Of a stretch of 64,000 nt of DNA, positions 51,969 through 64,000 are shown in pieces (the first letter of the stretch is position 1; each line of letters starts with the position of its first letter). The notes below the pieces were generated by a model. That model saw nothing but the letters and a program-made list of their open reading frames with translations, was not told the origin of the DNA and searched no databases. The stretch is from Utricularia gibba (taxonomy: Eukaryota; Plantae; Magnoliophyta): the NCBI GenBank assembly GCA_002189035.1, contig NEEC01000014.1, positions 2,170,001 through 2,234,000 of the forward strand, in the 5' to 3' direction. A program made the translations under genes and the position numbers.

Positions 51969-52380
51969 TTTATGCTCATGGAGATTAGCTCCATTTGAAG
52001 AGGTACACTAGGTCCATGTAGTTTGATAGCAGTCCCAAGGCATAAACACATGAGATTGCTGATGTTTATCATTATTACTGCTAATGCTGCTGCTGCTGCA
52101 GCAGCCTTGATATTTGTGAGAGCAGCAGAGTAACTAACTATTGAGGTGACAGTGAATTCTTTATTCCTTGAGCCGATGGTTATCACTGTCTGTCCCACTA
52201 CTGCTCCCGAAGACCACCCATCCGTCCCTCTTTCGTTTTGGAGTGTGCGTTCCGGGGCCGGATTGGGGTTCAGTTCGTTTACCCAAACGAGAAGCATATG
52301 TTGCTTGTTAGAAGTGAAGGAATTCCATGAAAGGGCACCGCCTACCCGTCCTTGGTTCTCTTCACAGATGTGATGCCTCC

Positions 52381-52398
52381 AGAGAGAGAGAGAGAGAG
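52381..52398. repeat. (AG)9 microsatellite
   Basis: Direct reading. Confidence 0.9.
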
Positions 52399-54367
52399 AA
52401 AAAAGACACCGCCCGCGGATTACGTCATGGAATCTGAAGAAAAGAAGAAAGTGGGAGGAACTGAGAGAGTCGTGGACACCGCAAAACCCCATCACAATGA
52501 CGTGTTTGATTCTCCATCAACAATCGGAGGAGCCTCTGGAGTGGGAAGATGCGAGGGAACTCCTCCTGGAGGCTGAGGCTGCCTGACCCTGACAGTGAGG
52601 TTAGTGTGTGAAATGGATTGTGGCGTTCCACCAGGCCATTTGTAATAAACGCAACTCCAAGTCTAAGATAGGGATTGCCAAGTGGTGTGTGGCGTGGCAG
52701 GTCCCTGATGTGACCCCCGGCTATCCCTATCCCGATCCCGAGCCCGATCCCATCATCCATCGCACGGGAAAGAGCACACACACATACATACGCATAGCAA
52801 TCCCGACATCCACCCGCCCCTCCCACTCACAAGCAGAGCATTCCCTTGCTCTTGTCTCAGTGATGCGTGTTGATCATATACGGTTGGTTTGGTTCACCAT
52901 AAATGTATAATCATTGAGGCCATCATCCATCCATCCATCCATCGCTCAACAAAATCAGCACTCGCTGCGTGTGGGCGTGCTTCCTCTGAGACACAGGCAC
53001 GGGCACAGGCACAGCCAAAGTTGAAAAGGCAAAAGGGGTAGACAGCGCACATTTTTGTGCGTATTTGGGGTAAGTGGCAACCATGATTGAGGATGAGAGG
53101 ATAAAAAGCAGATACAGAACAGCACATGGATTATTCAAGCAACTCCACCATCCAGACATTCTTTTTTTCTTTTTTCTTTTTTACGGTAATCATCTTCCAA
53201 GGGGGGGTTCCGGAGCTTGAAAATTCGTCACGAGTTGTGAGTCGTCTGATTAAACAAGAAGGACGACGGGGGGCAGTTGCTGCTGCTGCAAGTCCGCAAC
53301 CCAGCCAGGTGGGGCTCCGCAGCGCAACGGGATTTCATTTGCGTGGGGAATCACGTAACGGGATTTGGCGGTTGCCGATAAAAGGACGGCGGGCTGTGGT
53401 CCCCGCCTCCAGCTTCCAGAACCAACGCCAACTGGTGGTGTCTCACATGCCACCCCCCCAGGCCCAGGCCCAGGCCCACCCCCAACCCCACAATTATGAT
53501 TAATCACGCCCCTAATCATCATCGCCCATATGGCCCGCTTGCCCTTTATAGCAAACCCAACACCCAATCCCCTTTGTCCACGTCGCATCCCCGCCATAGG
53601 TCCCTGGACCCCACCCACTAATCACTTACTTACCCCAATTTTTAAAATAAATAAAATGACACCCCCCCCCCCCCCCGCTCCCCTCCTCCTTAGGGGAATG
53701 TAGTAAGTAGATAGCTAGCTAGCTAAGGTCGACACCTCACCACAGACACCGTGGCGGGCCTCCTCGCCCCGCCCCGGCCGTTGCACAAGCAAAATTTGTG
53801 GCCACTCTGCGCGGTGAGCTGTCTTTGTCCCTTTGCCAGCCTGCCTGCTCGCTCTTCCCTCCTTGTTAAAACTAATACAAAACGAAATGGCTTTGCCACC
53901 TCATCACTCACCCAGTCCTAATCCATCACAACCCCTCTCCACCGTTGGATCGCCACAGACGGGGCCCACCCAACACACAACGAGGCCTCTGTGCATCATC
54001 ATGACGTGACCCCCTCCTCCTCGTGCTCCAAGCCCAACGGGGGGCGGCCATGGCCGGTGCTGGTGTTGAATAATAATAGTAACACATTGTTTTTTGATTA
54101 ATTTATATTCACAACAGAAATTAATTTTGCGTGTAGGAGAATGTTTAGGTCGATGTGTCCCAAGGGGGATGGATGATGTTTACCGGATAATTGTATCTTT
54201 TAATTTTAAATGAAAGGTTGGGTTTTGAGGGGAAAACCCGATAATGCCCTTCCGTGACACCAATAAAAGGAAAGGGGACCTTCGGACACTGGCGTCACTA
54301 CTGCGTTCCGAGTTTTAGATAAGGTGCTTTCCGTGATAAGAAGAGCGTGGGAAGTTGGAGGAGAGGA

Positions 54368-55425
54368 ATGGCCAAGGAGGTTGGTGAGGAGCAACACCAT
54401 GGCGGCGGCAAGGACTACACGGATCCGCCGCCGACGCCGTTATTCGACCCCGCAGAGCTCTCTCAGTGGTCCTTTTACCGCGCTGTCATCGCTGAATTCT
54501 TCGCGACGCTTCTTTTCCTCTACATCACCGTCGCCACGGTCATCGGAACTGCTAGCGCCGGGCAATGTGGCGGCGTTGGTCTTCTCGGCATCGCCTGGGC
54601 CTTTGGCGGGATGATTTTCATCCTCGTCTACTGCACCGCCGGCATCTCAGGCGAGTCCTGGGTCTCGTAGGTCGATTTCGGCCTGATTTTTTACTCTTAG
54701 TCTTAGATGGGAACGTGTTTTTCAGGTGGACACATCAATCCTGCGGTCACTTTCGGGCTGCTCCTCGCGAGGAAGGTGTCTCTCGTCAGGGCCGTGGCTT
54801 ACATCGTGGCTCAGAGCCTGGGCGCCATAGTCGGCGTGGGTATTGTGAAAGGCATAACCGGGGACCTCTACCAGGCAAACGGCGGCGGCGCCAATTTCGT
54901 TCAGCCAGGCTACTCCATCGGCACGGCCCTCGGTGCTGAGATAATCGGTACCTTCGTTCTCGTCTACACCGTCTTCTCCGCCACAGATCCAAAGAGGAAC
55001 GCGCGTGACTCTCACGTTCCGGTAATGCATCTCGAAAGTTGATTAGCGAAGCGAAAACATTGGCTACAACACACTAATGCTGCTGTCAATCTAGGTCTTG
55101 GCACCCCTTCCCATCGGCTTCGCTGTTTTCATCGTTCATCTGGCGACCATCCCCATCACCGGAACCGGAATCAACCCCGCTAGAAGCCTCGGCGCGGCCG
55201 TTATCTTTAACGCAGAGAAAGCCTGGAGGAACCACGTCAGTAACCCATCCACACTAACGATAAAGATTTGCTTAATCCCGTCTGAAAAATCTGTTTCCGT
55301 TGCAGTGGATTTTCTGGGTTGGACCGTTCCTGGGAGCGCTGGCTGCCGCCATTTACCACCAGTTCATCTTGCGGGCAGGCGCAATCAAAGCTCTGGGATC
55401 CTTCAGAAGTAACCCTTCGGTCTGA
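54368..55425 (+). CDS. PIP2;7: Plasma-membrane aquaporin PIP2 (PIP2;7/2;8-like), 4 exons
   Basis: Exons 54368-54650, 54726-55021, 55095-55235, 55306-55425; KDYTDPPP, two NPA motifs, [10 protein letters not shown]; intron 1 has a GC donor. Confidence 0.95.
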
Positions 55426-57085
55426 AGCAGAGAAAGGTGTGCAAAATAAAATCTCTGAAAGCTCCTCGGAGCAAACTCCCCCACCCTGTTCTTGTTCTGT
55501 TGCTTCTCTTCTTCTTCTTCTTTTTCTTCTACCGCTGCTGTACCCTGTCCCTTCTTGCGTGTTGATTGCCATGGAATGATTCATCACCGTCGTTAGCATC
55601 ACTTTGCTTTGAACGCTTTATGAACGGTCGGTCTCCTTTGCTGTGCCTGTGCGCAGTGTAGTGTAGTGGATTGGATTCGTTCGTATGCCATGCCATGGTG
55701 GTGGTCCAGTCCCCCCCTCTCGCTCTCTCTCTCTCCTCCCCCTTCTGTTGCTCGCCATGTGCTTCCAGATCCTTCGATTTATCTAGTAAATAAAAAATTC
55801 AAGGGAAAATAAAAAAGCAACTTCGTAATTATTATCTGTCAGTCCCCTCAACAACAATATACATTATATTATAAGTAATAAACACATCCCTAAATAATAT
55901 TCGCATTTAATAACAAATTCTTTGAGAGTGGGATGGAACTGGAAGATCCCATTGGTTTCGAGAAAACGAAGGAATCCCACTTTCCATGTGCACCAGAAGA
56001 GCCAATGGAAGTGAGGCACGCGACGACAATGGAATCTGCTGGCACAGGGCAGGCTTTTGCGACAGCAGATCAGTAGGCAAGAGCGAGCACGGGACGGGAG
56101 GGGGCCTTGAAAATCTGTTAAAAGTTGATGGTCCTGGGGGCGAGGCGAAGAAGCAACGGCAACGGCCTACTGCCGCTGCTGCTGCAGCTTCCGTCATCCC
56201 CATGAAAACAACAGAGGGGGCGGGAGCCATTTCTGTGAAAGGAAGGTCCATCATGTGAAGGCGTATAGGTAGAGGGGGGACCGGATCCCGATACAGAGTG
56301 GAGTGGAGGAGGAGAGGACTCCCTCCCTCGTCTGCTAATCATGAGGGCTGGTGCTAGTGGAGAAGTTCCTCTTCTGGTGTTTGTTTTGTTTGTTAATGGA
56401 CTGACTGGCTTTATGACATGGAGGGTCAGAAGCAGAAGAGGGGCTGGGCGGGGGAGTTAATATAAACCATCTGTCAAGGTGGAGGACCAAGGGGGAGGGA
56501 GGTGGGGGACAGTGGAATACTGCAGTCACAAACGTGGGAGCAGAAGGGTTGCAGGGCAGGGATTGTTTAACTATGCTCTAGTGATGAACCCAACAAGGGA
56601 AAGGGAAGGGGAGTCATCGATACCAACCAAAGGAGAATTCAGAAGGGCGACGGCATCCACGGCTCAGCAGCAGAGCATCCATCAGTTCTTGGATGCCACA
56701 TTTGTCCCCAATCTGAATCCAACAACCACAACAACCCGAATCCAACACGCTCACAGATGGGGTCGGGTCCGTATGAATGAATTTCTGGACTTGAAGCTAC
56801 CCCTACCCTATGGATCGATGATACACGAATGAAAAACGTATCCACCAATCGCCTCAGAAGGCGCCGCATTTCTCTCAAATTGCTTGTCTACTCCGGAACG
56901 CCATGAATCTGAAGAATTCTACCAATTCCATTTATGGAAGAAATCTGATCACTGCGACGCCATAGCCAAAATATGGATGATCCCTGAAAGTCTATCTCCC
57001 AGGTGCGCTGCAACTAGTCAGCAAGCAACGTAACATTACTCCGTCACCCACTTCTTCCATCGTTTTCTCAGAAATTACCAGTCGG

Positions 57086-57200
57086 CCTAAACCCTAGGCC
57101 CGTATTCTCGTTTTCCGATCGTCGAAATATTACGCAGGCCGCATCTTTTAGGGCCCAGATCCGGGATACGCCTGTAGTTGGGCCGTGTGGTTGGTGGGCT
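57086..57200. promoter_or_regulatory. Telo-box (AAACCCTA) plus GGCCC/TGGGCY site-II-like motifs upstream of the PPR gene
   Basis: CCTAAACCCTAGGCCCG at 57086-57102, GGGCCCA, TGGGCC, TGGGCT nearby; typical plant housekeeping promoter combination. Confidence 0.5.
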
Positions 57201-57279
57201 TAAGCGCGAATGCAAAATAATAATAAATCAATATATATAATTGGAGAGAAAAGGACTCAGCCTCTACTCTCTACAGAAA

Positions 57280-58703
57280 ATGCAGATTGACATAGGCTAC
57301 CGTAGCAACCTTCCGGCGTCGGTGACCGCCACCGGTACCCGACTGCGACAGAATCGCCGGACATTGTATTGCGCGCTTACGAAGCAGGGAATTCGGTTTC
57401 TCGACCTCGTCGCCGCCTCGCAACAATCATCCGCCGCTGCCTCTGCGCGCCAGCTCCGCAAATTCGTCGACGCCTCATCAAAGCACGTGGCGCTAACTAC
57501 TCTCTCCCATCTGCTCTCCCCCTCTACCTCCCATCCGCGTCTTTCATCTCTCGCCTATCCTGTAAGAAGCGCACCACATCGACTTACCCCTTCGGATTGC
57601 GAAAATTGCTTGACCGGTTTGTGTAGTTGCAGCTCTATTCATTGATCAAGCAACAGACATGGTTCCAGTGGAACGCCAAGCAGGTTGCTGACTTGATAGC
57701 GAAGCTGGTTAGGGAACATATGCTGGATGAAGCTGAGGAACTGCTGGCTGAAGCGAATTCCAAGTTAAATGGCTCAAGTGATAGAGAGATCTGTGGGTTT
57801 TACTGTAATCTGGTAGAATCTCATGCCAAGCACAAGTCTGAGGAAGGTGTTTTAGACACTTGTGAGAAGCTAAGGGAGTTGATTCTGCAGTCATCTTCAG
57901 TACATGTCAAACAGAGAGGTTACCAGTCAATGATTAGGGGATTGTGTGAAGCTGGCCTACCATTCAAGGCTGGGAACTTACTTGAAGAAATGAGGAGAAA
58001 TGGAGTCAAGCCCTCAATCTTTGAGATGAGATCACTGGTTTATGGATTTGGGAAAACAGGCTTTCTTGAAGATATGAAGAGGACTGTAGTTCAAATTGGA
58101 GTTGAAGGGTATGAACTGGATACAGTTTGCTACAACATGATTATGTCATCAGTTGGGAATCAAGGTGAGCCACTAGAGATGATATATTGGTTGAAGAAAA
58201 TGAGACAATCAGGGATCCCTTGCTCTATCAGGACATATAATTCAGTTCTAAACTCATGCCATCGAATAATGTCAGTGATCGAGAATGAGACACGTTTACC
58301 TTGCTCGATCCATGAGTTTCTGAGTTGTTTGGAACCTGTAGAGGAGGATTTGGTAAGGGAGCTGTTGAAACTACCAGTTCTTGATCAGTTGGTGGAATGG
58401 ACACCCTCGGAGATGAGGCTGGATATGCATGGAATGCACTTGGGCACCGCATTTTTTATCTTGCTGCAATGGATTGATGAACTGAAAGAGAGAGTTCTTG
58501 TTAGAGACGAAGCTTTGCCCACAGAGATTTTGGTGATCTGCGGTTGCGGCACACATAGCTACAACAGAGGAGAATCACCAGTGCGTGACTTGGCTAAAGA
58601 AATGATGAAGAGCATGCAATGCCCGTTGAGGATAGACAGGAAGAGGGATGGATGCTTCACCGGTAAAGGAAAAGCTTTGAGAGAGTGGATACTGCGGCAG
58701 TAA
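57280..58703 (+). CDS. Organelle-targeted PPR protein with C-terminal SMR domain (At2g17033-like), 2 exons
   Basis: ALTKQGIRFL, intron 57562-57632 joining LAYP|LYSLI, PPR repeats, SMR motif LDMHGMHLGTAFFILLQW...ICGCGTHS. Confidence 0.9.
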
Positions 58704-58845
58704 GATCAGCATAGAGTGGGATTCCTCATGAGGACACCATAAAACATACTGGCCCTGTTCTTCACCAGATTCGGATTGAAACTTTCAATCCGCAACCCCA
58801 AAAAAAGACGGACTTGCAGGATGTACTTGTTAGCCATGTGACATC

Positions 58846-61800
58846 CTAAAACCAGGGCATCCACCATATGTACATTTTCCCAAGGTTTTTGAGTGAAACT
58901 GCTTCAGCTATAAGACGTCGAGCTTGCCCTTCTACCGCAAGAGGTAGAGATGGTGCAGCTCCCACACCAACAACAACACCCTGCAGACGTGCCTCGATGT
59001 TGCTTATGGCTCGCTGCAAGTCAAGTCACATGAAACTCAGTCATGACAGGTTCAAAAGAATCCGCCTCTAAAATAAACACCAAAGAGGAGAGCCTTTAGA
59101 GAGAATTTTGTTGGGCTCAAACCTGTGCGTGTGGATTTTGTACTTCTACTCCACTAGACTTGTGAGATTTGGTCCATTCTACAAGAGGGTCGTGAAGAAA
59201 TGTTTCCAAAACACTCATAAGAGTCTCCTTGTGTGCCCTGAGTATTGAGAGTGTAATCTCACAGACCCTGATGTAGGTGCCCTCATAACCCGTTATTCCT
59301 AGCGCGTCAATCATGTTCTGGGAAAACAAGAATCAAAAGAGAGGAGAACAGAAACACTAAGGTAAAAGGAGAAGAGCATAACAAGTAATTAAGTCTCCTG
59401 AAAGCAGGTTATGATTTCTGTGGTGCTTTTACCTGTGTCAACCTGAAAGGCACCAATTCCGGTTTCTCCAACTGAAGCCCTTTGTCAAACAAGCAACTAA
59501 AGTCAACATGCACACAGTCTCCGGTAGTTGAATCAAATAGAATGTTTTCACCATGTCTGTCCCCGAGCCCAACGATGTGCCCAACCATCGACCAAACAGC
59601 AGCAGTGTGTGCATACGCCACTCGAGCTCTGAACCACATAGCTGGTTCAGAAAATGTGTTCAAGAACCATTTGTGGAAAACTGGAGGGAACATGGGAAGT
59701 ATTTTGGTCTTCAGCATTTCGTCTTCTGGAACTTTACCCATTGACTGATCGTATATGCGCTTGATGAGAGGATTGGTTTTTTGTCTATCGAACCTTCCGC
59801 AGCTTACATAGACGTCCTGCAGGATATGCCGAAGCCCACGAGTATGAGGCACCCACTCGACCATACCACAATCCTCAGTAAGTGGGATGACTGCAAATGT
59901 ACGAATATAAAGCTTTCGACGGCGACTTTCAGGGGATTTAGACAGTAGATGGTTAATCATGTTATTGAACTCCATCATACGTGCATCCTTCCTAAGGTCA
60001 TCCTTTGGTTTGCAAAGAAAAGGCCGTTCAATTCCATCGCTGCCCACTAGAATAACCTGCAAGAAGTATATGAATTACCATTATTTAGGGAAGATAATAA
60101 TGAAAAAAGGGGTTTCAAGTGCCTCGAAATGCTAAAATGAGTTGGTCCTTGCCTTCTTGGGACGCTGAAGAGATGAAAGAATCTCAACCTCGTCCCTGAT
60201 GCCTGATATTGTTGGCAGCTCAGAGCATAAAAAAATGTCAGATGTAGCAGAATCAATAGAATCTCCATCATGCGAAGGAAGATTAACGGTCAGTGATTCT
60301 TTGGTTGGCATTATAACTTCCACAGGGAGCATCCTCTTCAAGGTACTGAATTCAGTTGAAACACTTATTGCCTTTGTCTTACTTTGCCCAGGGTGGAAGC
60401 ACAATCTGATCAAATGATCCACCAGCGTGGTAAATTCAGAAAATAATGAGTTAGAACCTGCTGCACTGCATCCTCTTCGAACGGCTTGTATGATCTCTGC
60501 AGCAGCCTCCTTCCGAGAAGGAACTGTGGACTTGGTAACAGCTGCCATTGTCCAAAGAGCTTGTTGTGGATACTTGCGTAAAACAGAGGTTATTATGTGC
60601 TTCACCAAATTGACGGTTTCTTCATTTTGGTGGCAAATCCTTGAGACCAACTGTGGCAGTACCGCCAACCATTGGTAGGTCGGCAAGTCCTTCAGGCATC
60701 CTCTCATAATGCTCAGTATCTGTGCAAGAAAAGCTGCTTGTTTAGCATAAGAAGATCATTCCACGTACAGAAAAGATTAACTTAGGAACCAACAACGTAA
60801 ATTTATAGGTAACTCTACAACCTTTACTTGAACACTTTTCAATTCTTTGCTGGAGCGTATGCTACTCTGGCAACAAAAGCTTCCAAAATCAAACCACAGC
60901 GTTAACAGTCGTGGAAGGGCCTGGGAAAGATTCTTGTGACCCCTGTGAAGTCCCTTTGCATAAAATAACAGAACATCTGGAAGGTAAGTCCACCACATTC
61001 TCTCAGAATTTACAGCCACGCATGAGACTTTAGAGGATTGCTCATTTGCATTCTCCTGGCGCTTTCGAGCATCAACAAGCACTTCGTCACAGTACTTTGC
61101 CATATAAAAGTATCCTTTCTCCCATTTCGGCTGCAATTCCTTCACCCGGGAATAGAGATTAATCACATCTTCCTTCTGTTTTAGCCCAGTATAGTGGATC
61201 CATCTCGTGTAAAGAAGGAGAGTTTTTGCCACGTCTAGAGTGTCATGTGTAGCTGAAGTATCAGAGAGCAGAGGCACTGGATTCACAGGGGCCATAAAAA
61301 GACTGGTAATGGATGAAACAGCAGAAGAGCCAACAACCTGCAAGGGCATATTGAGAAGGGACTGTTGAAGCTCAGCTATGGCCCCATCAGATCGCCTAGT
61401 GCACCACAGAAGCTTAGCTTTCTCAATATGGACATGGGATGCACCAGCAGCCATAGCTTCCAAGATTGCCCGATTAGCAGTTTCATAATGACCAGCTGAA
61501 CGACAGAGCTTTGCATAGTGAATCCAACAATTTCCAACTTGCGCATCCAGTCCACTAGCACTGAAAACAAGCCTTCTGAAGGCCAAAAGCGGTTCCCTGG
61601 CCCACAAAGATGGTTGTGTAAGTTTGAGTCGGCATTCCCAGTTTTCCAAGGTCTTTGAGAAATCTATTTCGTCTATTCTGAATTTTCTGACTAAGAAGGA
61701 TTCACCATTCAGAAGATAATTGAAATCCTCAAGCTCTCTAAGCAAATGAAGCTTGACAATGAATGGGTATGCTCTTGCATAAGAATCCATGCCTGCAGCA

Positions 61801-64000
61801 GCTAGAGGAGCGATAAGAGCTTGTCTAGAAATTGCGATTTTTTCAGCAACAGAGAACTGATCCTTCTTCATCATTGCATGAAGAATCTTTGCTACATCCT
61901 TGTCAAAAACAGCGCTATTCTCGAAGCTACTACAAAGTAAGCCTTCTTCATCAGAACCCTGCAGGTATTCATCCATCAAGTCCCATCTACTAAGTCTCCA
62001 GGCAGCTTGAACTCCCTGAGTGCACCAGGTTTTCTTATATTTTGGAATCCTATATATTAATCCATCAACATGCGTTACCATCGCCTGCAAATGGCACATG
62101 TTAAGCAAGCAGTTAAGGACTTCAGAATGCTTCTGCACAGAAAAAGGTTCCATTTGCAGGGCCTGCTCACTTGAAGTCAAAACTTCAGCCCAATTTCCTG
62201 CTTTCTTGCTAATCAGAAAATGATCTTGCAAACTTTTTGACTTTCGTAGTGAGGCCAATCCAGATAAGCCATCGGGTTCATCCAATCCACTGTACACTTC
62301 CATTAAGAAAGATATATCATCATCCTCAAAAATCCCACTTTTCTCAGATGCAGGGTTAAAGGCTCCTGACTTGTCCCGCAAATATGACTCAAAGTATAGC
62401 AAAGACCTTGCATAGGCCTGACATCTGAACGAGGCCTTTGAAAGGGTAATCTTAGGAATTGCACCCAGGAACTCTGAGACACGTTTGCATTGCAAAAGCA
62501 CTTGGCTTGATTCCTTTGGAATACTAAGATTATGGTCCTTCGACTTAGTGGCTTGCTGCCTAGGAATGGAAGAACTAATAGGCTGGGAAAGTGAAAGTTC
62601 TTGCTGTACATCATCGACCCACTGTCCCAAATTATCAAGAAGAGTAAATACAGCTTGAATGCAAACCTCATTTTGCCCATGATTATTTCCGAGGCCATCT
62701 CTACCAATATTTTCCGAGGCTGCAACATCAAGAACTGATAGAACTTCATCTGCTATGCCACTGCGTGCTTCCTCTGAACCATCACAGACAGCATTCAAGA
62801 CTAAGTATGGGAGAAGATACATAGCGATTTGCATATCATGGCGCACTATGCCTCGACATGCATTAAATATTTCACAGCGAGAACCAGAGGCATGTGCAGT
62901 CAACTTTTTGATCCAAAAGTAGATCCATCTCCGGAATGACATTGAAGGACGATATATAGGACCAGAATCAGCTGCATCCGATACGTTTGGGAGCTGGAAT
63001 CTTGAGGTTAAGCAAGGGGCAATGATCTCTTTCACATAATTAGAAAATCTGTCCCATAGCGTCTTGCCCCTATCAAACAATTCACCGCAGTCATCAGCAC
63101 CTAAAGCAAGCTTTTTTCTCGTATTGGAATGTTGCTCACCCTCAACCTGTTCTAAAACATTAATGCCATTTGATGCCTCACAACCAGCAATTTTTAGCAG
63201 CTCTTGAATAGCTAAAGCTGCTGAATCTTGAACTATGGTATCAGGTGCTGCTCTAAAAGCCCTGGCAAGATGCTTATGGATAAGCTCAAAAATCAGGTCA
63301 TCATCAGAACAAGCTATTTTAAACCTCGTGCAAAAGGATCCCTTAATTTTGGCAGGATCAACAGCACCAAGAGCTCCTAGACATTCAGCACATGTCAACT
63401 TGAGACGCTGACCAACCGAAGTCCTTGACTCCTCAGCACAGCCTTTCAGAAGTGACATCATCAACGAGCTCATTACATCCATAAATGACTCTCCTTCTTT
63501 CGCTAGCATCTCCATGAACTCTTCCCTTTTCAACTTCAATAATTTGCTAAACTCAGATGCAACCATGTATCTAACATTCAAATTTTCATGATTTAACCCT
63601 TCCAAAACATCGTGAACTTGATCTTTGAGGTTCATGAATCCCCGTGCTTCTTCAATGGTCTTGTTTACTTCTACCAGGACAGGAACACTGGGAATCATGG
63701 GGAGATCACGGATATAATGCTTCAACGAAACCTTATTTTGAATCACAAGTTCCTCCAATATCTCCACGATTTTACCCACATGCGTGTAAGATAATCCTGT
63801 TTCTCTCTCCAAGAAAGGGACAAGTTCAGCAAAAACTTGACAAATCACATGTTTTGTGCTGCCAGGAGATATAAAGGCCAACTGCTTCAAGAAAAAATGT
63901 AAAACCGAAAGGCTCGCACTTCGAAGCCATTCCTTGTTGATTGCATGCATGAGAAGAACCATTATCTTTGGCACATAGGTACTAATGTAGGAGCCCATCA
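58846..64000 (-). CDS. ATR: Serine/threonine-protein kinase ATR, 3' part (UME, FAT, PIKK kinase and FATC regions); 5' end outside the window
   Basis: Exons >64000-60822, 60719-60153, 60056-59433, 59317-59123, 59013-58846; KPKDDLRKDARMMEF, GLGDRHGENILFD, VHVDF, FATC end MYIWWMPWF*. Confidence 0.96.

Noticed and set aside
51911-52495. 194-aa minus-strand ORF
   Set aside because: Runs through a microsatellite and overlaps the HGSNAT end; low-complexity translation with no family signal.
56060-56090. GACAGCAGA...AGAGCGAGCAC resembling miR156
   Set aside because: Interrupted by about 11 extra bases and no complementary arm for a hairpin.

Overview
Eukaryotic (flowering-plant, eudicot) nuclear DNA from a very gene-dense genome with mostly 70-100 bp introns; a Lentibulariaceae-like compact genome is a guess, not shown. 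Order: NUP188 (5'-partial) > decayed cyclophilin pseudogene (not in the ORF track) > PSRP3 > NIPA Mg transporter > secreted amidase A > TE-derived AT-rich block with a probable Tat-like solo LTR > duplicated NIPA 3' half (pseudogene, hit by an Angela-like solo LTR and a full-length but mutated Ty1/copia element) > amidase B > MYB4-type repressor > GH35 beta-galactosidase > USP-domain receptor-like cytoplasmic kinase > bZIP19/23-like Zn sensor > BOI/SBP RING E3 > HGSNAT-like > PIP2 aquaporin > PPR-SMR protein > ATR kinase (5'-partial). The most notable observations are: (i) a copia element whose primer-binding site is an 18-nt match to tRNA-Trp rather than initiator Met; (ii) a roughly 3.1-kb tandem duplication giving two intact amidases with clustered amino-acid changes, one carrying a triplicated start/signal-peptide segment; (iii) the positional cyclophilin (ROC-type) gene decayed in situ; (iv) four conserved genes each broken by a one-base loss in a C/G run, most likely assembly errors. 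I found no rRNA, tRNA gene or CRISPR array, and I do not claim a wholly new biological system.
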